From Lophium mytilinum (taxonomy: Eukaryota), in contig MU004183.1 in NCBI GenBank assembly GCA_010093605.1, positions 2,356,001 to 2,420,000 of the forward strand: 64,000 bases of DNA. Reading direction: 5' to 3'. Positions 1 to 14,718 of the stretch are shown here, in pieces. Within the stretch, counting starts at the first letter, position 1; each line of letters begins with the position of its first letter. The translations under genes and the position numbers were made by a program. The notes under the pieces were generated by a model. It was not told the DNA's origin, searched no databases, and saw only the letters and a list, made by a program, of their open reading frames with translations.

Positions 1-347
1 TCCCTCCCTCCGACAAACACCTCGAGACCGCCGCCTACAGCCTGAGCGACCGGCCCCGTCACAGCCTTAACTCGCCCTATCCCACTGCCTACTGCTGCGC
101 ACCGACCGCCTCCAAACACCGCATCCCAACACCGACCTAGGTGGCTGCTGTCAGCCGCCGGATCGCCTGTCGCGCGGGTGACTACGACTGCTCTTCAGGG
201 GCATCGTTTGGATCGGAAAGCGCATACTCGGCCGCAGGACCAGCACGGCATTGCTCTGCTGTGTAGCTGCGAGTTTGATACTCCCAGGACATCTGTCGCG
301 CATCCGCAAAACCCTCACCGGAGCCACAGCCCGACACATTATCTACA

Positions 348-1513
348 ATGGCACAGAACGCGGAGAGCGTGATGCGGAGGTACGATAATTCTTTCCCTTT
401 ACTGTTCACCATGGTGCTTTGACCATGACATGACCTGCTCGGGGCATGATACGACAGTTCCTATTTGGTCAATCCCTACACGCACTTCGTATTCGCACTC
501 AACCCTCAACTCTTATCCCCTATCCCTTCAATTGCGCGCAATTCGAACCGGGGAACTTTTTTCTCTCCAGCAGTCCTCCCCCAGGCGAAAGAGTACGCGA
601 GCTGCGATAGTCTGCATTGGCGTTCCCGATCCGCTTCTCCACGACTAAAAATAACTTTGGGTTGCATGGCACCCATGTCCCATTTTATCGTCTCGGAACC
701 GCCGTTCGCCCTCTCTGGCTATCCCTGTGCCACTGAACTCCAAACTTTCTCGTTATCGTTCCCGTCGCTTGCCTCTTCTGCCCACATGTTCACTTAGCGC
801 CTGAAGTAGCAACAGCTGACCACCCCTTACAGGAAGCTAGTAATTATCGGAGACGGTGCTTGCGGCAAAACCAGTCTTCTAAGCGTGTTTACATTAGGAT
901 ACTTCCCCACTGTAAGTCTCCGCCAGCTAGACAATGGACGTCGCATTTTGAATCCCGCTAACTAGTTCTCTAGCGTTACGTGAGTACACCATTGTCCCAA
1001 GAGACGAATTGGGCACTAACCCTCTGACAGGTTCCCACCGTCTTTGAAAATTACGTCACGGATTGCCGCGTAGATGGCAAATCGGTTCAGCTGGCTCTGT
1101 GGGATACGGCAGGTCAAGAAGACTACGAACGACTCCGCCCGCTCGCCTACTCCAAAGCCCACGTGATCCTCATCGGCTTCTCCGTCGACTCACCCGACTC
1201 CCTAGAGAACGTAAAGCACAAGTGGGCAGAAGAGGCCCGCGAGCGCTGCCCCAACGTACCTATCATCCTCGTCGGCCTCAAGAAGGATCTCCGGGATGAC
1301 CCCCTTGCTATCGAGGAGATGCGCAAGAAGTCCCTCAAATTCACATCAACGAAAGTGGGCAACGACATGAAGGAAGAGATTGGCGCGCGAAAATACCTCG
1401 AGTGCTCTTCCCTAACAGGCGATGGCGTCGACGACGTCTTCGAAGCCGCTACCCGCGCCGCGCTGCTATCCGTGGACAAGAGCGAGGGCGGCGGCTGCTG
1501 CATAGTTCTCTGA
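348..1513 (+). CDS. rho2: Rho-family small GTPase Rho2 (4 exons: 348-379, 833-911, 974-979, 1031-1513)
   Basis: Spliced product reads [47 protein letters not shown]...[18 protein letters not shown] and ends in the CaaX box [14 protein letters not shown] is characteristic of Rho2. All three introns are GT-AG with CTRAC branch sites. Confidence 0.93.
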
Positions 1514-2334
1514 GTGCCTTTACTCGCCACCCACATACCTATCTACTTACTCACAGCCATCCCGGATTGAACTGCATTGGGCGGAGTCTCGGGTTCTCCA
1601 CGAACCCCTACGGCGTTTTATCTGAGCGGTTTTTTGCTAACTTGTTCGTTTCAAACCTTGCGTTTTCCGGTTCTTGATTTACACAGTACAATCAGAAGCC
1701 TACGCACGATGGGTTTCTCATAATCTTTTTATGATGGTATGTGCGACGACCGCCTATCATCTCACGCTCTTTTGATCAGGATCTGGGGACTGGATGGATG
1801 GATGGATGGGATAAAGGGGGCTGGGTCGTTGGAAGAGGGGATTTATCTTTTCTGGCTGAGTGGCGAGTGCTGCGCTTTTTATCTTCTAGCGAAGCGGCAT
1901 GGGTTGCGCTGGGACTGCGTACCATGTCGTGCGGTGCTTGCTGTGACTTTATTCATCATAGTCGAAGGAACTGTTGACTTGAAAATATGTTACACTCCAC
2001 CGTTTTATGTTTTGATTGAACGTGACAAATCATATTATACACTGGGATAGAGTATGGAAGGACAGATATCTAGCTGCGTCACCTTCATTCTTACTTGATT
2101 AACACCACCATACGGGGTACCCCAACACGCAGGTTGTCGGCCGGCCAAAGGTAGTCTAATATCTCATGCATATGTCAGAAGATAGAGGTATAGATACCTA
2201 GCTGCTTCGGGATCATTCTTTTTAACCGATTCTTCCACTCCCTCAATGCGCTCTCCTGATGGTACAACATACAACTACAACATCGCCCAATCCCCAACTC
2301 TCCCCAATGCACATCTTAGACCCATCCCCCTCCA

Positions 2335-3060
2335 TCACCTCGTCCACCCATGATTCCACCCCTCCCGCGCCGGAAAATCCGTCTGGCACCGCGCATACTC
2401 AATCGGCACCCCATCCCACACCCCCGTCTTGTCCATCGCCGCGCGATACAACCGCCCCACATTCCTCCCCTCCCCCTTCACCCCTTTCGCTTCGTTCACC
2501 CCCACCCCGCCTCCGTACCCTTCCTCCCCGACGCTCAGCCCGCTGCCCCCCGGCACCGTCAGCCCGTTCTCGTCGATCAGCCGCAGCGCTTCGCAGGCCG
2601 CGCGCATCGAGGCGTATTGTTTTTCGAGGGTGAGTTCGGCGGCGGCGCGCTGCTTGTTGCGGTGCAGTTGCCAGGCGCGGTGGATGGTCCAGTGGCGGAG
2701 GGCGCGCAGGCGCGAGAGGCGCAGGGGGCGCGGGGTTAGGGCGTGCGAGAGGTGGTAGCGGATTGAGGCTGTTGGGGGGTTTGTTAGTTGGGATCGTGCT
2801 TTGGTTTGAGAGGTTCGATTGGGGAAGTTGGGGGAGAGGGGAGGGGGGAGGGTATGAGAAGTTTACGCACTTATCCTAGGGTCGCCCTTGTCACCTTTGC
2901 CTTTCCGAGCGAAGAGTTGTGATGAGGAACTGAAGGATGCGGTTTGGGGGGTTGAGGTTGGTGTGCAGGGTTTTCGGAGGAGGCATGTTGGGGGGAGTTG
3001 TGAGGTGGCTGTGGGACGGAAGGTTGGCCGGAAGGTGAACAGGCAGCGTGAGGGCGGCAT
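2335..3060 (-). CDS. MRPL28: Mitochondrial large-subunit ribosomal protein L28 (mL40 family), 2 exons
   Basis: Arg/Ser/Thr-rich presequence-like N-terminus, then DPRI/intron/IRYHLSHALTPRPLRLSRLRALRHWTIHRAWQL...EKQYASMRAACEALR...PIEYARCQTDFP...WNHGW, which matches fungal MRP-L28 motifs. Confidence 0.8.
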
Positions 3061-3942
3061 TGTGGGTTGTGAGAGGCGGATTGGTGGAGGGGAGGATGCG
3101 AATTGGTGGTGGTTGAATTCTGTCTGAGATTCGAGGTGCAGGGGTATGGATCATGTCACGTGGTATCTCCTCCATCGTCATAATAGATTCCAGCTCTTTA
3201 TGTCTCTTATATTCTTAAACAATGGCTTACTTCTCATATACGATAGAATGCTTCTTCGGAATGCTTTTGATGTTTCGCACTTGGTAAGGTCTCGTGACCA
3301 TCCCCGCTGTCGAGGTTTTGCGCAGTTGCGCACTGTGCTCAACACCCTTTTCAATTCCTTCCTATACCGATAGTACGCTTCACTTCGCCGTTACATGTGG
3401 GTCGAAAGCTCTAATCTGGCCCCAAAACCATCCAGAGAGGTATTTGGGCACGCAAGTTAAGGATACTACGGGTCACTACTCTTCCGATCTTCTGTAATAG
3501 TCTGCTGGTTCTATCATGTTTTTTATTGGTCTTACTTCCGCATACGACGACTGCGGCCTTCGATGCAACGTGCGAGATGTGTCTATTAGGACTTCGGCCC
3601 CCTCAAATACAGCCAACCTTTTAAATACACTTGATCCTTCCAAACCGCAAAGTAATCTCGTAGTCACACATGCATAGACTATTCAAGTTCGCAGTCGCCT
3701 CGTATGTCACAAAACGCCGCATGTGACACAGCTACATAGGCTACTTCGCTTGTCATCTTCTCTCGAACTAGGTGTGTTCAACGGTATTTCGAACAGCACT
3801 TCTTAATGCCTGATTATTACATGCCGGTAAGTTGTTACTTCCTGTCATCTCCGTGCCTAGAGAACATCATCTCCTTGTTCTCCTATTAGATTGAAGGCTC
3901 TTCCTTCCTACACTAAGGAGACCGCCATGCTTGTTCTTTCGT

Positions 3943-5722
3943 TCATGTCTCCCTCCTCCCCTTGGGTGGGAGCCGGTGGAGCTCAGGATGCTTCTTTCGC
4001 TCATGCTTGAGCTTTGAATCGATCCTTTTGAAAGTTCTATAACAACCGCGAATTGAACAAGGGAGGCCTTGCCCATAGAGATGGGCAGACCTTATATGTC
4101 TCTTTAAATTTCCCCACCTGGAGTTCCCCTTGAAGGTGAGAGCACAACTCGGGTACTCACAACGCAGCACGGGGCCGTCTGGAACAGCCGTTGGTAGACT
4201 TTGGGTGTCCCTCCACTGCGAGCTTAGCTCTCTGCACTCGAATGGCGGCGCGCTCATATGAGCTTTTGGTGCCATAGAGCCACCGGATACGGTGTAGGAT
4301 GAATGGAGACTTAACATATCTCGATTCTTCCTTTTCCTGCTAACGATACGCATGCGTTTGATACCTGCTACGTCAAGCCGACCATCCGCAGCTACTTCCC
4401 GTTGCTTTGAAAGATGAGGCACCGATTCTGGTATTGTGGGTGCAGTTGACGATGTCGGAAACGGGTCGGAATTGTCGTCCTCTTCGTTAATATCAGTCAC
4501 TCGTTGATACCACACACTACATTTGGAACTACTGCAGTCAGCTCGATACTCCCGACAGTTTGAATAAGGGTTGTTGACCATTGGACATTCTCCTCGGTAG
4601 AACTTCCGTTTATAGCGTAGCAATTAGGACAGCCAGCAATAGTTTTATCGCCTGCCTCGCCGTTCTTTCGGAATATCAGGGCCATATCGACTTTTTGGCC
4701 TGGGAAAAAAGCGAGATCCCAGTTAGATTCCCTGTCAATCTCCCGCCGAGTTGCTTGTTCTTGTAATGCGTAATCCCTGTCCTGAACTTGAGCATATCCT
4801 TTTGTGTCTTTAAACCGAATTTCCAAGACAGCATCAAACGCTTCCCAAGATGTAATGAATCGGAGATGCACTGGAGCTATTCGACCTAGGGCGTCCTCAA
4901 GCAGAAAAGGGTCCTCGGCTAAGGGTCGATGGAGAACTGTCAACATCCTCTTAAAAGCTATGACTTCGCGGTATATTGCTAGATTTCCAGCAATAAGATA
5001 GCACATGAAGGATTTGAGATCCGATCCCAGTCGGGTGATCCAGTCAAGACGCTCTGACATTCTGGTGGCAAGCGTATTGCGCGCTGATATTAGCTGGTGA
5101 TTTTCCGTGAGTCTAGTACGGATTTCAATGAGCACACTGTCTTGCAACCCAAGCGTTGATTGTATATGGTGTTCTGATGCAGTGATCCGTGAGTCCAGAG
5201 TGTCGCCCGTGATCTTTAGGAGAGTTCTAACAGCATTTAGCATAGCATATTCAGATTCTCCAATGTTGCATGTAGGAAGCCATACACGCTCGCAGTTGCT
5301 AGCAGCATATTGATCGAGCTAGCATAAGCCGCAATCTCTGTGCGAAACTTCACGGTCTCGTCCTTTTGTGAGACACGGTATTGTATTTTCCTCGCTGCAT
5401 CCTTTATCGCGCTCCCTGAGCCCGTAGCAGAAAGGCTAGATTTGTATTTGCTGATGCGCTTCTTGAACGCATCAATGGAGATGCGGCATTTTTCAACGGT
5501 ATAATTCGCCGTCTCGCAGAGCGCTTGTAGTTCCGGGGTTGCTTTGTGGGTCCTGGACAGCTGAACAACTTGAAGAAGAGCACTATCGAGGATATAGAGC
5601 TCGCGGACGAGTGCCTGGTATTCTGCAGCCGATCCTCTGCTGTCATTGAGCGCTAGCAAAAGGTCTTTGACTAGGAGACTGACGGAGATGATATCTCCAA
5701 CTGATCCGAAGGTGATAGACAT
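3943..5722 (-). CDS. Multidomain protein: HeLo-like/fungal STAND-type N-terminal domain, ubiquitin-like domain, CxxC motifs and two C2H2 zinc fingers (3 exons)
   Basis: Exon 1 begins MSITFGSVGDIISVSLLVKDLLLALNDSRGSAAEYQAL. Exon 2 has FLLEDALGRIAPVHLRFITSWEAFDAVLEIRF and CPNC. Exon 3 has CEYPSC...HIRSAH and CSIRGC...HERKKH. Introns at about 5227-5286 and 4520-4578 join the three ORFs in frame; the second donor (GTCAAC) is weak. Confidence 0.65.
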
Positions 5723-7110
5723 GGGTAAGGATGGAGAAAGGATCTTTTGCACAGAGCGGGAACAACGAGAAGTGTTACGAAGAAGATAGGAAATGTAGAC
5801 TGAGGCTTTTCAGAGGTGCAGGCTGCGTGCGGGGCTATGCAACCTCGCCCAATTCAGCCTTGCGGGGGTCACAGAGTGATTGGATGGCTAACTGCGATTC
5901 TGCATGATGAGGCTGCTGGGAAGGATCTCGAGACTGCGGGCACTCTGAGGACGAGAATAGGCATTTTAGAAACACCAAGCACATCAATGTAAAAAGCACC
6001 TTATCTGCACTGAAAGCGAGGCCTCTACGGCATCCAAGAGTTGTGCGGTTGTAGCTCGAAGTTACCTCGATGCCATTGACAACATTACCAGGTGACCAAT
6101 CAAAGTCGACCATCGCGCGCAGCCTGCTATCTGGTGATCCGGTGAAAGTGATGCGCTTGCAGAAAGTGCACATAGGCGAGGTCCAATCGATGTCGAGATA
6201 AAGTCTGATAACATCCGATGATATTCAATAATCGAGGAATGGGACGGAACAGAGAGGCAGATGCCACGTCGGATGAAGTCTTGGCGAAGCGAGGCTGAAG
6301 CATTCGCCTCGTGCAAATTTGCCTACGATAGTTAGATGAGACTCCAGAGATCTCGAGAAGATATCAATGAAGACGGGAGATCCATTGTTGGACGCGGAGG
6401 AAGGTGACATAAACATATCGAGGACGTGCTCAGCTGAGAGTGACTAGAGATGGAGTAGAGTTAAATGCTTTTGACCGACGTTGAGATCCCATATAAGTGG
6501 CACGTGATGTTGCCTTTGGAGTAGGGCTTTTTCCCAACATTATCTCTTGCCAAATCGACAGGCCATGGAGAGTCATACCTTCCAGCTCATGTCTTTGCTA
6601 TTTCAGTCGTGAAAAGGAACCTGTTTCCATCTGCTCGGGCGTGCTCGTGATGAATCTCTTCTTAGCTAGTAGATAATGCACCTCTTCCCGCAACGCCCGC
6701 ATCTCCACGCAAGGTCGAGACCTTCGCCCATGCAGCCTCTAGCAAGCTCTGCTATGCAGCTTGCCTCAAGCTTTGACATTCCGCGGCCCCGAATCCCGGG
6801 CTCTCGTTGCCCAATGACACCAAGACACGTTGGAAGCAATATAGACAATCATCAAGAAAGAACAGGAGGAGAGTCCCATCACTTTGCTGGGAGTTTTAAA
6901 CGCTTCGTCAATCAGTCAAGCTGTCTCAAAAAATACGCATCGCGGGAGCAAGGCTACAGCCATTGTCAAGATCGAGTCCAGTGTCTTCCACCAACTAGCA
7001 CATCCCTCCAGTCCGAAAGCAGTCACTGGCCAGGCTCCTGGGCATGCGTGAATCGGCATGGAATCCTGTCTGATGAAGCTTATGCGCTCTTAGCAGCGGA
7101 TGCTGGTCGG

Positions 7111-7365
7111 CACGCGGGTGACACAAAAAGCGGTACACCAAAACCGCTTATCGTTTTCAGAACACGGTTATACCCCAACGCTCTGAAAGAACAATATCTT
7201 GAAAGCAACTAAAATTAGTCTTCAGAGGCAGTTCTATCTACCAGTCCAACTTTTCTACACTTATATTAAGTAGTGGTGGCTGTAGATTGCTTTACTTCAC
7301 GGTGTATTTCGCTGACCTAAGCGATTTTGGTGGTTTGGTGTACCGCTTTTTCTGTCACCCGCGTG
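7111..7365. mobile_element. 255-bp MITE with 32-bp TIRs (CAC...GTG ends) and a 5-bp target duplication GTCGG
   Basis: 7111-7142 (CACGCGGGTGACACAAAAAGCGGTACACCAAA) is the reverse complement of 7334-7365 with one mismatch. GTCGG lies at 7106-7110 and at 7366-7370. Confidence 0.88.
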
Positions 7366-7399
7366 GTCGGTTTCCAAGCTGACCGCCTTGCACATCTCC

Positions 7400-8620
7400 C
7401 GCCGAGATTCAGATCCGCCATCCCCCCGCATATGCCGCATATCGGAGGGTGTTCCCTGCTTTCAATATTATTTGTGCTCCTACCTTAGCTTCACCTCAAT
7501 GGGTGCATCTCCCGGGCCCGGAATGTTGGTCATTATGGACTCGATTCAGATTCTTGATCCTCCACCATTCCCGTTCGGGAGACCCTACGCTACCCTCTCA
7601 ACCATGTAAATTGTGTATGGACCCACGCTTTGCTCCACTGCAAGGAACCGTATCTTGGCTGCAGAAAGGAAGACCTCTCTTGCCACCTCGCTCTCCGGGA
7701 TGGCCGCCGAATACGCCACATCCTTTCGTTGGGAGCTAGAGAAGGACCTCCTGACTGCTCCTACATCCTATCTGCTATCGAGATTATGGCAAATTGGAGA
7801 GATGGTCATGCTGGCAGGTGGTACATCCATGTGGAGAGCCGTGTCCAAGATGCGCTTGGCATATTTCTCCGATCCTCTGTCAGCCGTTTTCTCGGGATTT
7901 TCAGCCTCTGCAGCTCCTGGATCATCATGTGAGTATCCAATTTCGATGCCCTTGGATCCAGATTCTGGACTTTTCAAGATCGTTCTACCGAGCGCAAAGT
8001 ATAACGCGTCCTGTATCTTCGATCTAGCATTCAAGAGATGACTCGGGTGGCGCACTGAGCTCCACACTCGCTGGATAGGCCAAATCCATCCGGAGGAATA
8101 TCAAAGTCTTTCAGCCGCAGGCACTCTTCTCGAGACGCCTCAAGGCGCTCCAAGACCTCAAAGTGCTTGGCGATCCTCTTTAGGCTCCACATTGGCGCCC
8201 TCTTCGATTTGAAGCAACTACATGTATACTGCATAGCGGGGATCAACCTGTCTTCCGGCATGTCCAGTCGCTTAAGTGTAGTCTCGACTATTTCGTGGAG
8301 TAGTTCAGCTGGTGATCTCAGGAGCCACCTCATGCGAATGCTCCTTTGAGGCGGGTGGAGCACGTTCGTGTATGCAAGTCCAGATATGTAGCCAAGCATT
8401 CGACGCTTCCTCTCAAGCTCGTGCAGGATCCCGAAAGCAAAACGCTTTGCACTTGACTCGGGTTCGAGAACGTGGCCATGGCTCGGCAGCATGACATGCG
8501 GCAATCGTGTTGTGGATATATAAGTCTGATGCACATCCTAGAACACTGAGATATCATTAGACATTCACATATCTTTTCCACATACCTACCACTTCGGCTT
8601 TGACAACTCCGCTTCTGCAT
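7400..8620 (-). pseudogene. Probable decayed gene of unknown family
   Basis: Overlapping protein-like ORFs in different frames (8031-8534, 7768-8067) continue downstream through repeated in-frame stop codons. No domain recognised. Confidence 0.3.
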
Positions 8621-8661
8621 TCTCTACCTTGACTACCACCTTCACATCTTCCTCCGCCACC

Positions 8662-9225
8662 ATGCTTGCCGTAAGACTCTGAAAGTTCAGGCCATGCCAC
8701 CCCTAGCTCTCTAACAACTCGCAGAACCTCCCGCTTGCTCTCGCCGCCATACTCAGCCTCGCCTCCGCATCCGTCATCCCTCTCGACCTCAGTGCCCGAT
8801 CCGGCAAGCCCACCGGTTCGTCTAGCTCCCCCTTTTCCTAAAAATCCACCCTCCTACTAACCCTAACCCTAGGCGGCCCCGCAATCGCCTCCGTCACCAT
8901 CTACAGCTCGTACACCTGCCCCGGCAACACCGCCCCGCCCACCGACGGCTCCGCCGGCGCCTCAACCACCCTCTCCGTGACCGAGGCAACCTGCAGCATT
9001 GTCTCCATCCCCGCGGGCGCCGCCATCACTGCCAAGCTGACCCAGGCGCCCAAAACGGGCTCTGTGGGCTGCTACGTGCAGTTGTATTACGGAGGCGACT
9101 GTGCTGTCACGTATGCGAACCAGATCCATGGGGTCGCGTTCTCGGGCGTGGCGGTGAACAACCATTTGGGGTGCGCGAATTTCCCGGTCGGGGGGTATGG
9201 GGCCGTGGAGATTATTTGCGTGTGA
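8662..9225 (+). CDS. Small secreted cysteine-containing protein (effector-like), 3 exons
   Basis: Splices as MLA|NLPLALAAILSLASASVIPLDLSARSGKPT|GGPAIASVTIYSSYTCPGN...GYGAVEIICV*. Has a signal peptide and 6 Cys; introns at 8671-8724 and 8816-8872. Confidence 0.75.
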
Positions 9226-9314
9226 GTCTTGTGTGGTGGGTTATGAGATGGTGGTGGCATCACCCCGACATATAATCTTAATCCATCCAAATTCCGGGTA
9301 TCATCATTCCTCCC

Positions 9315-10203
9315 TCAAAACCTCGTGCACATGCTCTGATCATGCTTCCCCTTGCACTCTAACCCACACACCCTCGCGCCACACTTCAAGCACTTCACCC
9401 GCCCCCAGTATCCACATGTATCGCAGAACAACCTCTGCGGCGGCCCTCCTGCAGCCGGGGGGCCAACCCGCGCCGCCGCGTATGGTAGGGGCGGCGCAGC
9501 TAACAATGCTTCCAACTTTTCCATATCCAACGGGGCCGGGACTGCTGTGCGTATCTCAAGCGTTTTATCCTGTGACCCCGCGACAGAGCTGGGGAAAGCA
9601 GGTACAGAGGGCGTCAAAGCGCGTGGCGTATTCGTCGCAGGCGTGCTCGGCTGAACAGGCGTCGAGGGCACCGTAGTCGCAGTCAGCGTACCCCGCCGCC
9701 CTCGCGCACCGATAACAGGCTTTATAACGCGGCCTGCGGGTGCTCTCGCACCAGCTCCAGGCGCTTGTGCTTTATTCGTGAGCAGGGCGTCTTCGTCGTC
9801 GAGCCAGTGGCGGATCTCCTTCGCTGACATGAGGATCTTCTTCGTAGCTGAGGTCTTGAAAGTTGCTGTTTAGATAAGAAGGTTTAGCGGAGTGCTCTGT
9901 GTATAGGGCCCTGGGGCTGAGGAGTGGAACGTTTGGATTTGACGTACTCTTCTTATTGGGTATCTCGATTCCAGACCGCGCATCATTGTCCCTCTCCAGC
10001 TCGGCTATCCTCCGCTGCACGGCTGTGAGCTGTCGCGCGGAGAGCTCGACGCCGGTGGGTACGGCGCCTTGACGTGTTGCCTGTCGCTTGCGATCTTTGG
10101 GGTTGAAGGCGACTTTCGAGGGGTCGTAGCCTGTGTCGGGCACGTAGGCCCAGCCGGGGGCTGGCGCGGCGCCGGTATTAGGAAGAACCTCTATGTGTGG
10201 CAT
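9315..10203 (-). CDS. vps71: SWR1 complex subunit Vps71/Swc6 (HIT zinc finger), 2 exons
   Basis: N-terminal MPHIEVLPNTGAAPAPGWAYVPD and RRIAELERDN. C-terminal LLAAPPLPY...RLFCDTCGYWGRVKCLKCGARVCGLECKGKH zf-HIT. Confidence 0.85.
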
Positions 10204-10445
10204 GTTGCTGTATGGAGTCGTAAACGAGGGTGTGGTGCGGATGGCGGGGAGGGTGTTGAAGATGAAGGTGAAGAAGTTGAGGTTGACAAGAAAACGCGCT
10301 ATCACGGGAAGGCGCGGAACGTCGTGTGGCATGTGGGGTATCCACCTCCGGGCAGGCGGGATGAATTCACTGCCACCACGTCTGATTTATATAGAATGCA
10401 AATGTCTTCAATCCTTTCCATACTTCTACAGTCTCACACTTCACA

Positions 10446-11250
10446 ATGGCTCCCCCATCACGCCCTCCCCCCATAATCATTCCAGCCGCTACATCTCCAT
10501 CTGATCCCGCACACTCTGCCGCGTTCATCTTTCTCCATGGTTTGGGCGACGACGCCACAGGACTAGAAAGTGAGTTCTCCTAATATTCTCAGTTTCCCAG
10601 GCCCATAGCTAAATTCAGATTATACAGACATACCCCAGCAATTTACAGCCGCTGGCAAACTCCCCCATCTAAGTTGGGTTTTACCCTCCGCCTTCCACAA
10701 TCATGACCTCGATCAAACAGCCTGGTTCATGCCTACCGGCCTGTCCCCTGTCCCTTCCTCGCGCCCTGAACTCGACGACCCAGAAGACGAGGAAGGGATC
10801 AACAGTAGCGTGGCTTACATAGTCTCCCTCATCGACGAATTCGTCGCGAGTGGCATACCCGCAAACCGCATCGTCGTCGGCGGATTCTCGCAAGGCTGTG
10901 CGGTATCGATGCTATTGGGATTAACGTCGGCATATTCGGGGAAGTTAGCGGGTGTGGCTGGCTTGAGTGGTTATCTGCCGCTGACCGAGAAAGTTGACGA
11001 GCTGAGGAAAGACGCAGGGTTAGATGAGAAGGTGCAGGGAGGGATGGAGGTGTTCCTGGCAAGGGGTACGGGAGATAGGCTCGTACCCAAAAGGTATGCG
11101 CGCATGTTGGAGGAGAAGGTAAGGGGGATTGGCTTTGAGGAGGGCAAGGTGGAGGTGAAGGAGTACGAGGGTATGGGACACGCGATGGGAGGTGGGGAGC
11201 TGCGAGACTTGTGTGCCTGGCTAGAGAGGGTTGTCCCAGGTGTAAAGTAG
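10446..11250 (+). CDS. Acyl-protein thioesterase 1 / phospholipase-carboxylesterase family alpha/beta hydrolase, 2 exons
   Basis: FIFLHGLGD motif, nucleophile motif GGFSQG, LSGYLP, GTGDRLVP and YEGMGH give a Ser-Asp-His triad. Confidence 0.88.
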
Positions 11251-11455
11251 GGCAGTTGAGAAGTTTGTAAATGAGGAATCATATGGATCGGAGATGCACA
11301 AGGCGGCTATGCTGTGCATGTAGACTGTAGATTTGTAAAACCGTGACGATATCACGCTGCATATTATCGGATACCGGTACTCATTGATGTAACGAGAAGT
11401 TGAAACTATATATAACAGTCAGCTACTTGAACAAACTAGCACCACGTACTAAGAC

Positions 11456-11915
11456 TTACGCATTCATTGCTCGCTCGGATGGCGAGGTCGGTAGGTTTCT
11501 CAATGGCGAGACTGGCGAGGTTGGCGAAACAGGCGACATCATTGGCCCCTCATTGATCTCCCGACCGGTGGCTAGCTCTAGCGATTCTTGTGCACGGGGA
11601 GGATGTATAGCTCGGTAGGCTTGCTTGGGATAAGTTGGAGCCGATGTGGGAGGTTTTGGTGGTGGAGAATCTGGGACTGGGATCTGTTTCTTCGAAGGCC
11701 GTTTTTGACACACGAGGGCTGCTAGGCCTTGTCGGAAGTAGAACAATACTGCAGCTAGGATGATGACCCCTAATGGGACCGCGACTCCGGCAGCGATTGC
11801 GGTGGTGTGTTTCGTACTATCTCGCTTGGTTGGCGTTGGTGCAGCATATGAGCGAACGACGAAGGTTGAGAATACAATCATCATATGGATTAGAGGAAGC
11901 CGATGGGACAACATG
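11456..11915 (-). CDS. Hypothetical single-pass membrane protein with a Pro/Ser-rich tail
   Basis: Signal-like N-terminus, TM segment AIAAGVAVPLGVIILAAVLFYF followed by R, then a low-complexity tail. Start codon uncertain. Confidence 0.5.
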
Positions 11916-12826
11916 ATGCCTCTTGATTGGTGGGCCTTCTCAGGGTTCGATAGGGGAGGAAGAGAGGGTAATATCACATTAGTGATTGGAAAAGAGATTG
12001 AAAGATGAGGATGGATGGAAAGCGTTCATGTGCGTAGCTTAGAAAGAACCACTCTAGATCTATAAAAAGGGAAATCTTCTAAGCGCGGCCAACACGCTCA
12101 GCCATATTTCTAAGGCACTCCTGTAAGGCATCCGGCGCTATACCGAACGCGATAGCCTTGCTGGCATATTGCCCAAATTGTACTGTGCTGAACTAGACTT
12201 GATGAGATCAGCCTGACAGCGTCTGTCGAGTGGCCTAGGTTTCTCAGCAGAAAGAACCCCATCACACCATCTAGTCTAAAGTTGAGTAGGCATTACTTCA
12301 GAGATAAGCAGTAATCTCAACCTAGAGGGAGTAAGCAAGTCCTGCGGAAAGTGGCCAATCCACTCATGGATCAGCATACTCGCCAAGCCCCATGACTGGG
12401 CTGGAGAATTACTTTCCATTTGAGCAAGTCCATAAGAAGATGAAGATTTGAGGCTAAGTGTCTTCTGATATCGTGATGAACGTGCGTCAGGAGGCATGCG
12501 TCGGAACTCGGCAGTGACGCGTCAACAGAACCACCTGGTCATGCTAAAGAGAGGCCATATCGTTCGCGGGCCCGGTGAGTCGCTGGCATGTCACTTGCTC
12601 GTTACGTTGCTCCGATGGTGTTCGTGTATAACCATGAAGGAGTAGGTTGAAGACGGAGAAACTCAGGGGATGCGCTCGCGCCCTGATTGGTCACTATTCT
12701 TATAGCTACCAAGGCTCACTGCGAACCTCCACGACGCCTCAAAGGCCCTCGGATGTCTTACGCTTCCATACCTTCTCCATCAAACTAACCACAGTACGAC
12801 GCGTCAAACCGGTCTCAGCATCCAAC

Positions 12827-14718
<1,892 letters not shown>

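Noticed and set aside
5835..7100. ORFs 5835-6173, 6225-6416 and 6676-7212
   Set aside because: No recognisable domain or consistent exon structure, and the last ORF runs into the MITE.
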